From NCBI GenBank assembly GCA_052390515.1, contig JBQTGV010000051.1, positions 1 through 13,221 of the forward strand: a DNA stretch of 13,221 nucleotides, written 5' to 3'. This DNA is from Candidatus Eiseniibacteriota bacterium (GTDB lineage Bacteria; ARS69). The notes below the pieces were generated by a model. It ran no database searches, was not told the origin of the DNA, and saw only the letters and a program-made list of their open reading frames with translations. Shown piece after piece: positions 5,998 through 13,211 of this stretch (the first letter of the stretch is position 1; each line of letters begins with the position of its first letter). The position numbers and the translations under genes were made by a program.

Positions 5998-8196
5998 GTG
6001 ACCCGCATCGACCCGCGACGCTCGCTGACACTTCTCCTGATCGGCATGGCCGTGGCTCCCGGTGCCCGCGCCGAGTTCACCGACGTGACCGGCACGAGCG
6101 GGCTCTTCAATACCTTGCCGACCTGGGGCGCGCAGCTCGTCGACATCGACCAGGACGGCGACGTCGACGCCAACGCGGCCCATCACTTCTACACCGGGCG
6201 CATCTTCGCGAACGACGGCAACGGGCTCTTCGATTACTTCGTCCTTCCCCAGCTCACCACGGTGATCGCGGACCGGCACGCCTACACGTGGGTCGACCTC
6301 GACGGGGACGGGATCCTCGACGTCGCCTGCTCGCACGGAGGGGACGGCGGATGCGGTTGTCCGCACCTGGGGAACGAGCTCTGGCAGGGTACGGGTGCCG
6401 GCAACTTCGCCGTCGTGGTCGGTGCCGGGGGGATGTCCGATTCGACCGGACGGGGACGAGCATTCTCCGCCGCCGACGTGGACCTCGACGGGGACGTCGA
6501 TCTGTACCACGCCAAGGCGCCGCTCGCCGCCAGTCCGAACTCCCTGTATCGGAACGACGGCGCGCTGGCGTTCGTGGACATCGCCGCGGCGGCGGGCCTG
6601 GACGAGACGGTCGGCACGCACGGCGGGCTCTTCGCGGACTATGACGACGACGGCGACCCCGACCTGCTGGTGGGCGGCGACGAGTTCTCCCGGCCGACGA
6701 TCCTCTGGCGCAACGACGGCGGCACGTTCGCCGACGTGACCGCGTCGGCGTTCGGCTCGCTGCCGGTCGTGTCCTCCGCCGACTGGGGCGACTACGACGG
6801 GGACCTGGATCTCGATCTCGTCGTGTGCGCGGGGCGCGAAGGCATCTGGGACGCGTGGAACCAGAACGGAACCACGTACTGGCTGTTCTCCCACTTCCGC
6901 TTCTCGGAGGACGGCGTCGACGCGTACTCGTTCGACACGCCGGGCGAGGATCCGGTCGCGGCGTTCCGCTTCAACGGGAAGATCTTCAACGACCAGATCT
7001 TCCTGGGGCCGAGCGAGGTGCACCCCGCGCCTTCGGCGTTCACCGTCCAGTTGACCGACGCGTACGTCGGCGAGCCGGTGTTCACGCCCGGCGTGGAGCA
7101 GGGACTGTGGTGCTGGCGGGAGTCCGCGGGCGGAAGGTGGCAGGTCCGCGTGTCGGCGCCACCGGGAACCTTCGGCAACTATTCCGGGCTGATCACCTCG
7201 CTCGCGCCGGTAGTGGCTCCGGCCGACTCGGCGCTGGAGCAGATCGTGCTGCCGCCGGCGCCTGCGCGGGTCTTCCGCAACGACGGCGGAGTCTTCTCGG
7301 AGCAGACCGGCCCCCTCGGCTTCACTCCCGCCGCGAACCCGCGAACCGTGACGTGGGTGGACGTCGACAACGACGGGGACCTGGACCTGCATCAGACCAA
7401 CCGCGGCAACACCGAGATCGGCGACGAGCCCGATCTCCTGTGGCGAAACGACGGCACGACGTTCGCGGCACTCTCCGGCCCGGGCTGGGCCCCGGGAACG
7501 CCGGGCTTCTTCACCGACGGCGGCGTGTGGGGCGACGTCGACGGCGATGGGGACCTCGACCTGTACCTCGCCGAAGGCGCTGGCCCGGTGTTCTTCAGCG
7601 CGACGGCGCCGTCGACCTTGTACCGGAACGACGGGCCGACGGGATACGGCCTCGTCGTCAACGTGGAGGAGTCGGCCCTGGGCGGGACGCCGATCGGGGC
7701 GAAGGTCACCTGCTGGACGCAGGGCACAGCGCGGCAACGACGGGTGAGAGCCGACTCCTGGGACGGCCTTCAGGGGCCGCTCTCCGTGCACTTCGGGCTG
7801 GGTGCGTCGGCGACGTTCGACAGCCTGGTCGTCGCGTGGCCGGACGGCGACGTTCAGGTGATTCCCGGCGGGCCGGATCCGACCGGCTCGGTGATCGTGC
7901 AGGGGGGAGGATCCGGCGGCCGGCCCGGCTTCGTGGGGCTGCTGCATCCGCAGCCGGCCTTCGGCGCACAACGCCTCGAAGTCGACGTGCCTCCGCCCGG
8001 ACGCCTTCGCGTGACGGTCCACGACGTGACCGGGAGGAGGATCCGCGTGCTCGCCGACGGCGGCGCGCTTCCGGGCCCGCGCACGCTCACCTGGGACGGC
8101 CGAGACGCCAGCGGTCAGCTCGTGCCGCCCGGGGTCTACTTTGTTCAGGGATCGGGCGACCTGGGCTTCTCCCGCAAGTCGGTGCGCATCCGCTGA
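5998..8196 (+). CDS. Secreted CRTAC1-like protein: FG-GAP/VCBS beta-propeller with inserted domain + ASPIC/UnbV domain + C-terminal FlgD-Ig/T9SS-CTD-like domain
   Basis: Signal peptide (RRSLTLLLIGMAVAPGARA|EFTDVT). Seven DxDxDGxxD-type Ca-binding loops (DIDQDGDVD, DLDGDGILD, DVDLDGDVD, DYDDDGDPD, DYDGDLDLD, DVDNDGDLD, DVDGDGDLD) with LYRNDG/FxDVT linkers. ASPIC/UnbV motifs IGAKV...VHFGLG...VAWPDG. Tail VHDVTGRRIRVL...WDGRDASGQLVPPGVYFV...RKSVRIR. Confidence 0.92.
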   Translation: MTRIDPRRSLTLLLIGMAVAPGARAEFTDVTGTSGLFNTLPTWGAQLVDIDQDGDVDANAAHHFYTGRIFANDGNGLFDYFVLPQLTTVIADRHAYTWVDLDGDGILDVACSHGGDGGCGCPHLGNELWQGTGAGNFAVVVGAGGMSDSTGRGRAFSAADVDLDGDVDLYHAKAPLAASPNSLYRNDGALAFVDIAAAAGLDETVGTHGGLFADYDDDGDPDLLVGGDEFSRPTILWRNDGGTFADVTASAFGSLPVVSSADWGDYDGDLDLDLVVCAGREGIWDAWNQNGTTYWLFSHFRFSEDGVDAYSFDTPGEDPVAAFRFNGKIFNDQIFLGPSEVHPAPSAFTVQLTDAYVGEPVFTPGVEQGLWCWRESAGGRWQVRVSAPPGTFGNYSGLITSLAPVVAPADSALEQIVLPPAPARVFRNDGGVFSEQTGPLGFTPAANPRTVTWVDVDNDGDLDLHQTNRGNTEIGDEPDLLWRNDGTTFAALSGPGWAPGTPGFFTDGGVWGDVDGDGDLDLYLAEGAGPVFFSATAPSTLYRNDGPTGYGLVVNVEESALGGTPIGAKVTCWTQGTARQRRVRADSWDGLQGPLSVHFGLGASATFDSLVVAWPDGDVQVIPGGPDPTGSVIVQGGGSGGRPGFVGLLHPQPAFGAQRLEVDVPPPGRLRVTVHDVTGRRIRVLADGGALPGPRTLTWDGRDASGQLVPPGVYFVQGSGDLGFSRKSVRIR

Positions 8197-8221
8197 GCAC
8201 CGTCCCGCCGCGGCAACCCGC

Positions 8222-10015
8222 TCACTCGATGTAGCCGAGCGCGCGCAGTCGGTCGCGCACCTCTTCGGAGAGTTCCTCGGGCCGTATGGAGCGCGCCTGT
8301 TCGGTGTAGAGCGGCGTCGCGGTCGTCTCCATCCACAGCGCCAGCGCGTCCTCGGCGAAGATCCGGCGCGCGGAGTCCGGAGCGGACGGACCGGTCTCGC
8401 CCGGGTCCTGCAGCAGGTCGTACAGCACCCGCTCCCCACTCTTCACGAGCAGCTTCCAAGCGGGCGAGCGCACGGCGAAGTCACGGTCGAGCTGCGCGAA
8501 TGCGAGGCGGTCCGCCGGCACTTCCCGGCCGAGGCTCACTCCCTCCCACGCTTCGGAGCGTTCCCACCCCAGGAGGTCCGCGAGCGTCGGCAGCCAGTCC
8601 ACGTTCTCGAGGACGCTCGGATCGAGCACGCCGGCCTTCGCCCGGCCGGGAGCCCTCACGGCGGCGAGCACGCGCAGCGTCGATTCGTAGACCGTCGACC
8701 CGTGGGTGAAGTTCGGCAGGTGGTCGAGCAGGTTCTCTCCATGATCCGAAGTCAGCACGAGGACGCCGCGGTCCAGCAGCCCCTCTTCCTCCAGCACCCG
8801 GCGGAGACGCCCGATCTTCGAGTCCATGTGCGCGATTTCGGCGATGTACGCGGCGACGGACGGCCGCCAGCCGAATCGGTTGCGGTGCTCCGGCGATCCG
8901 GGCTCTCCATCCGGACCGGCCCGGAAGCGCGGCCCCCACGGCTGCGGCGGGACGTACGGCGAGTGCACGTCCATCAGGTGCACGAAGAGGAAGGGCGCTT
9001 GCTCGGACTCCCGGAGCCAGTCCAACGCGGCCTCGAAGCTCGGGTCGTGCCCCGGGTCCAGTCGGTAGCGGATCCGGTCGGCGATCTGCACGACGGCGAG
9101 GCTGCGGAACAGAGCCGCCGGGCTCGGCTCGTGCAGCCGCTCCGTCGTTCCGGACTCGACGTACACGTCGAACCCCTGGTCGAAGCCGAAACGCCTTCCG
9201 AGGAACGTGTTGGTGACGAAGCCGCCGGTGCGGTAGCCCATGGCGCGGAGCCGTTCGGCGAGCATCTCCACCGACTCGTCGAGCACGGAGAAGTTGGCCC
9301 AGACGCCGTTGGACACCGGATAGCGCGAGGAGAGCAGCGCGGCGTGCGAGGCCGCCGACCCGGGCGAAGCGGTGACCGCCTCGGGCCAGAGCGTCCCCTC
9401 GCGGCAGAGCTTGTCGATCACGGGAGAGGTGGGACGGGGCTCGCCGCCGCCGGAGAGTCGGTCGGGGCGCAACGTGTCGATGGACACCAGCACGACCGGC
9501 GGCAGATCCGTCGTTCCCGCGGGGAGGAATCGGCCCGGGATCCACGTGGCCGCTCCGAGAAGCGCGGCGACGACAGCCGCGGTGCCCGGCCCGGGAGCGA
9601 AGCGCAGGCTCTTCCGCTCGAGCAGCGCGCGAGTGCGGCGCGCGGCGAAGACGGCCCCCCCCGCCGCGATCGCCACGACGACGGCGTCGGCGGCCAGGCT
9701 CTTCGCCCCGAGGAAATTCGTGCCGCGCAGAAGCACACGGTTGGCGAAGAGCCCGAGCGCTGCGGCGATTCCGAGAAACGCGACGAGGCCGAGGATCGAG
9801 GCGACCGCGGCAGCGGGTTCCCTCCGCCGGACGAACGTGGCGGCGGCCGTGCCGGCGGCCATGCCCAGGAGGCCGTACGCGGCAACGGCGTAGATCGGGC
9901 GCAACGCCTCTGCCTGCGGCTGGAGCAGCGTCTCGGCGGCGCCGCCGGCCGCTCCGAGCGCCGCCCCGGTCAGTGCGCCCAGGGAGAGGAGGGACGAACG
10001 GGAGAGCGTCGCCAA
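8222..10015 (-). CDS. Membrane-anchored sulfatase-like hydrolase/transferase (alkaline phosphatase superfamily)
   Basis: About 5 N-terminal hydrophobic helices, then VVLVSIDTLRPDRL, SAASHAALLSSRYP, LAERL..GYRTGGF, GFDQGFD, FLFVHLMDVHSPY, TSDHGE, HG, LYDL..DPGE and terminal RLRALGYIE. TTG start lies 4 nt after the larA-like stop. Confidence 0.9.
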   Translation of the reverse strand: MATLSRSSLLSLGALTGAALGAAGGAAETLLQPQAEALRPIYAVAAYGLLGMAAGTAAATFVRRREPAAAVASILGLVAFLGIAAALGLFANRVLLRGTNFLGAKSLAADAVVVAIAAGGAVFAARRTRALLERKSLRFAPGPGTAAVVAALLGAATWIPGRFLPAGTTDLPPVVLVSIDTLRPDRLSGGGEPRPTSPVIDKLCREGTLWPEAVTASPGSAASHAALLSSRYPVSNGVWANFSVLDESVEMLAERLRAMGYRTGGFVTNTFLGRRFGFDQGFDVYVESGTTERLHEPSPAALFRSLAVVQIADRIRYRLDPGHDPSFEAALDWLRESEQAPFLFVHLMDVHSPYVPPQPWGPRFRAGPDGEPGSPEHRNRFGWRPSVAAYIAEIAHMDSKIGRLRRVLEEEGLLDRGVLVLTSDHGENLLDHLPNFTHGSTVYESTLRVLAAVRAPGRAKAGVLDPSVLENVDWLPTLADLLGWERSEAWEGVSLGREVPADRLAFAQLDRDFAVRSPAWKLLVKSGERVLYDLLQDPGETGPSAPDSARRIFAEDALALWMETTATPLYTEQARSIRPEELSEEVRDRLRALGYIE

Positions 10016-10019
10016 CGAC

Positions 10020-11303
10020 TCAGGCCGGCAGCACGCACAGGCGGTTCGCCTCGTCGAAGAACGCGATCCGGCAAGACGGATCCCGCTCGATCCACGAGGC
10101 GACGACCCGCTGCGGGTCGTGCACCGGGTTCAGATGCGCGGCACGCACGTCGGCGTCCGGCAGCCGGCTGTGCAGGTGCAGCGCGTCGATGCGCTGCAGC
10201 AGCTCCGCGAACTTGTACGCCTTGTGCTGATACAGCTTGTAGCCGCCGCGGATGCGCTGCATCACCTCGCCGAGCGGCCGGGTCAGCTCGAGGTAGAAGT
10301 TCTCGTAGGCGGACTTGGTGTCGGCGATCCCCTCGGGGCACTCGGCCAGCAGCAGCACTTCGGCGCCGTCGGCGATCGCCGCGCGGGTCAGCTCCACGGC
10401 CCGCTGGCTCAAGTACAGCGTCTCGTCCTGCGGGGCGCCGCCCGCCGAGAGCACCAAGTGCCGGGTCGGTGCCACCGAGAAGCTCGCGATCTCGTCCACG
10501 ACGGTCATTCCCGAGGACGTCGCCTCGCGCAGCGTCCCGAGATGCGCGTGCGCGATGCGCCCATCCAGTGTCACGGTGGCCATGGCGTGGCACGGGCGAC
10601 CGCGGATGGCCAGGTTCCACGCCTCCAGCATGTCCTCCGCGACCGGGTTGGTCCGGCGCCTCGGGTCGGGGTGCAGCGGGTGGCGTCCGAAGGTCGCGTC
10701 GGGCTCCAGGGCGAAGCGATGGTTGCGCTCGATCGACTCGAACGCGGCGATCCCCGGCAGGAAGTCTTTCAGCGCGTTCGAGTACCCCGCGAAGTAGTGG
10801 TGTTTCATGTCGCTGGCGACGAACAGCATCTCGGCGGGGTCGAGGACGTCCGAGAGCAGGACGCGGTTGCCGCGGGAAGTGGTGCCGTGATCGGTGAACT
10901 TCGCCGTGCGGCAGTCGTGGATGACGATGGTGGGGTCGGGCTGCCCGAGCTTGCGCGCGGCTTCCCTGGCGAGCTCGGCGATCTTCCGGTTGCCGGGCGT
11001 GTCCGCCTTGTGCGAGCCGCAGGTGACTCCGACGGTGACGGACGCGGCGCCGTCCAGCACGGCGAAGCCCGCGTCCAGGATGTCACCGTGCGGTGCGTCG
11101 CGGGTGGCGTCGGCGATCAGGAAGAGCACGCGGCGGCCGCGGGCGTCGGCGCGGGCGCGCTCCGCCTCCGGACTGGCCGCGAGCCGCCCGAGCGGGGAAC
11201 CGGCCGCTCCCGCCGGCGGTACCGGACGAAACACGCCGGCGACGTTCGCCTCCGGAACGCGGAAGCGCAGCGTCCCCGATCCGTAGCGCAGATCGATGTC
11301 CAA
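10020..11303 (-). CDS. LarA-superfamily (nickel-pincer-nucleotide-dependent) 2-hydroxy-acid racemase/epimerase homologue
   Basis: Motifs LRYG, DATR, GSH, HDC, GTTSRG, HYFAGYSNALKDFLPG, IERNH, NPV.EDM, SAGGAPQD..LY and AECPEG. GGGAG SD before TTG 11303; TGA at 10022-10020. Confidence 0.9.
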   Translation of the reverse strand: MDIDLRYGSGTLRFRVPEANVAGVFRPVPPAGAAGSPLGRLAASPEAERARADARGRRVLFLIADATRDAPHGDILDAGFAVLDGAASVTVGVTCGSHKADTPGNRKIAELAREAARKLGQPDPTIVIHDCRTAKFTDHGTTSRGNRVLLSDVLDPAEMLFVASDMKHHYFAGYSNALKDFLPGIAAFESIERNHRFALEPDATFGRHPLHPDPRRRTNPVAEDMLEAWNLAIRGRPCHAMATVTLDGRIAHAHLGTLREATSSGMTVVDEIASFSVAPTRHLVLSAGGAPQDETLYLSQRAVELTRAAIADGAEVLLLAECPEGIADTKSAYENFYLELTRPLGEVMQRIRGGYKLYQHKAYKFAELLQRIDALHLHSRLPDADVRAAHLNPVHDPQRVVASWIERDPSCRIAFFDEANRLCVLPA

Positions 11304-11339
11304 ACGAAGCTCCCCGTCGGGGTTCTTTGCCCGGTGACC

Positions 11340-11368
11340 TTTACACTCGAGCGTCCCCGGCGGACAAT
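11340..11368 (+). promoter_or_regulatory. Putative sigma70-type promoter for the TPR gene
   Basis: TTTACA (11340-11345), N17, GACAAT (11363-11368), within the 93-bp divergent intergenic region. Confidence 0.45.
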
Positions 11369-11396
11369 CCCCGGGATCGCTTCGGGGAGAAGCCGC

Positions 11397-13103
11397 GTGG
11401 TCGCTCGGGTCGCATCACGGTGGATCGTCCTTCTCGTCGGCATCCCGACGATGCTGCTTGCGCCATCTTCGCAGGTCCCGGCGGATGACGCACCCGCGGA
11501 CACCGTCGGGGCGAAGCAGCCGGCCGTCGCGCCCGCCGGCGACATCCGCAGCGCGGTGGAGGCGGGGGAGTGGCAGCGCGCGCTCGAGCTCATCCGGGCG
11601 GAGGCGCTCCAGGCGGAGGGCGAGGACGAGGCCGAGCTCCGCCTGCTGGAGGCTCGCGTCCTGGTGCGCGCGGAGGACTTCGCCGGGGCCGGGCGGGTCT
11701 ATCGCCGCCTGGTGGAGCTCCCGGATCGAGCCGCCGAGGCGCGCCGCGAGCTCCACGAGCTCTATGTCCGTCAGGGCCGGTTCGTGGAGGCGCACGCTCT
11801 CACCGAGCCGGGCCTCGCCGACGAGTCCTCGCTCGCCACCTTGCGGGCGTACGCGCTGAGCGTGGAGGGGCGCTTCGCGGCCGCCGAGCTCGACGCTCGC
11901 GCGGGGGAGCGGTCGGGCGACGCGCGGGCGCGTATCCTCCGCGCGAACGCGCTCCTGGCCCTCGGGATGGAGACCGACGCGGAGCGGATCTACCTTCAAG
12001 TTCTTCGCGAAGGCACGGATCGGACCTCACGGCAGGTGGCTCACTTCGGGCTGGGGCAGGTCGCCCGGCTCAAGGGCTCCCGGGCCGTCCGCGCGATGCA
12101 GGACGAGCGCGCGGCGCGCATAGGCCCCGCACCGTGGGCGGAGCTCGACTGGGGGCTCGCGCTCCGGGCGCTGGGGCGGCGGGCCGAGGCCTTCGAGCGG
12201 TTGGAGGCCGTCGCGGAGTTGGCCCCGGCGCTGGCGGGCGCGGCACGCCTCGCGCTCGCACGGCTCGACGAGGAAGAGGGCCGGGTGGAGGACGGCATCG
12301 CTCACGTGACGGCGGCGCTCTCGGGCTGCACGTCGGATTTCCTGGCGCTGACCCGCCTGGGCGAGCTCGTCCTCAAACAGGGGCGGGAGAGCGACGGCAT
12401 CGAGGCGTACCGGGCGGCGCTCGACATCTTCCCGGGGTTCCCGCCGGCGCGGGAACGCCTCGCGCGGGCGCTGGCAGCGGCCGGGCGCTGGGATGAGGCG
12501 CCCGGGCCGTCCGACGAGGAAGCGCGGTGGAAGATGCCCGGCTGGACGTGGGACCGGATGCTGGACGGGGACCTGCCGTTCTTCTCCGTGGTCGCCGACC
12601 GGGATTCCGTACCGGTCGACGACCCGCGGCGGGTGGTCGTCGCGCTCGTGCATTCCGTCGCCGGGAACCCGGCCGCGGTCTTGGGCTGGACCGAAGGGGC
12701 CGGGCCCGAGCACGGGACGCTGGCCGCGCTGCGGGCGGAGGCGCTCGAGGCGGTGGGGCGAAGCGCGGACGCGGTGGCCCTGTGGGAGAGCATCCTCGCC
12801 GGCGGCGACGGCGGTCCGATCGCCCGGGAACGGCTCGCGCGGCTCGTCCTGCCGGAGGATCCGGCGCGGGCGAGGTCGCTCTGGACGGACCTGTTGGCGC
12901 GCTACCCGGGAATGCCGCGCGCGCGCCTGCGGCTGGCGGAGTTGCTGGAGGCGGCGGGCCGCCCCGCGGACGCGCTGGTCGAGTACCGCGCGGCGGAAGG
13001 ATCTCGCGGACTCACCGCTGCCGACCGCCGGCGGGTACGCAACGCCATCGAGGACCTGGAGGACGAGCTGGCCGAGGGGGAGGAGGCGAAGGCGGAGAGC
13101 TGA
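11397..13103 (+). CDS. Exported or membrane-anchored tetratricopeptide-repeat-like protein (about 568 aa)
   Basis: GGGGAG SD (11384-11389) then GTG 11397. Hydrophobic N-terminus (RWIVLLVGIPTMLLAP). Repeated TPR-like helices (AHFGLGQVARLKG, ALTRLGELVLKQG, AYRAALDIFPGFPPARERLARAL, ARLRLAELLEAAGRPADALVEYR) and an acidic tail. The ORF-track extension back to 10119 is antisense to larA and is rejected. Confidence 0.82.
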   Translation: MVARVASRWIVLLVGIPTMLLAPSSQVPADDAPADTVGAKQPAVAPAGDIRSAVEAGEWQRALELIRAEALQAEGEDEAELRLLEARVLVRAEDFAGAGRVYRRLVELPDRAAEARRELHELYVRQGRFVEAHALTEPGLADESSLATLRAYALSVEGRFAAAELDARAGERSGDARARILRANALLALGMETDAERIYLQVLREGTDRTSRQVAHFGLGQVARLKGSRAVRAMQDERAARIGPAPWAELDWGLALRALGRRAEAFERLEAVAELAPALAGAARLALARLDEEEGRVEDGIAHVTAALSGCTSDFLALTRLGELVLKQGRESDGIEAYRAALDIFPGFPPARERLARALAAAGRWDEAPGPSDEEARWKMPGWTWDRMLDGDLPFFSVVADRDSVPVDDPRRVVVALVHSVAGNPAAVLGWTEGAGPEHGTLAALRAEALEAVGRSADAVALWESILAGGDGGPIARERLARLVLPEDPARARSLWTDLLARYPGMPRARLRLAELLEAAGRPADALVEYRAAEGSRGLTAADRRRVRNAIEDLEDELAEGEEAKAES

Positions 13104-13135
13104 GCCGCCGGATCAGTCCCGTTCCGCCGAGGGAG

Positions 13136-13211
13136 TGGTGGAGCTGACGAGGATCGAACTCGTGACCTCATGACTGCCAGTCATGCGCGCTCCCAACTGC
13201 GCCACAGGCCC
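13136..13211 (-). tRNA. tRNA-Ala (anticodon GGC), 76 nt, CCA encoded
   Basis: Minus strand reads GGGCCTG TG GCGC AGTTGGGA GCGC G CATGA CTGGCAG TCATG AGGTC ACGAG TTCGATC CTCGT CAGCTCC A CCA. Full cloverleaf with the G3:U70 alanine identity pair and A73 discriminator. Confidence 0.97.

Noticed and set aside
6139..7566. Recurring gacNNNgacggNgac nucleotide repeats as a possible CRISPR or tandem array
   Set aside because: Degenerate, in frame, and fully explained by the encoded FG-GAP Ca-binding loops.
5842..8439. 865-aa minus-strand ORF
   Set aside because: Mirror-frame shadow of the FG-GAP gene with no independent coding signal.
8141..10897. 918-aa plus-strand ORF
   Set aside because: Antisense to the sulfatase-like and larA-like genes, Arg/Pro/Ala-rich, with no recognisable motifs; expected from stop-codon scarcity at high GC.
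1489..11303. Single metabolic pathway linking the aminotransferase, XdhC and the LarA homologue (amino acid to 2-oxo acid to 2-hydroxy acid)
   Set aside because: They sit in different transcription units separated by unrelated genes, and there is no 2-hydroxyacid dehydrogenase in the window; only proximity supports it.
10119..11396. N-terminal 426 codons of the 994-aa ORF, suggesting a giant TPR fusion overlapping larA
   Set aside because: Antisense shadow of the larA-like gene in high-GC DNA. A good SD, GTG start and signal-like segment appear at 11384-11460.
11710..11719. 10-bp match (tggtggagct) to the tRNA 3' end as a possible att site
   Set aside because: Too short, lies inside an intact CDS (encodes LVEL), and no integrase is present; consistent with chance.
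13104..13135. Possible terminator between the TPR gene and the tRNA
   Set aside because: Only a ~4-bp stem and no U-tract on either strand.
13174..13180. Complementary C32/G38 in the tRNA anticodon loop
   Set aside because: A 32-38 pair (A-U or C-G) is a known feature of tRNA-Ala(GGC) and is not novel.
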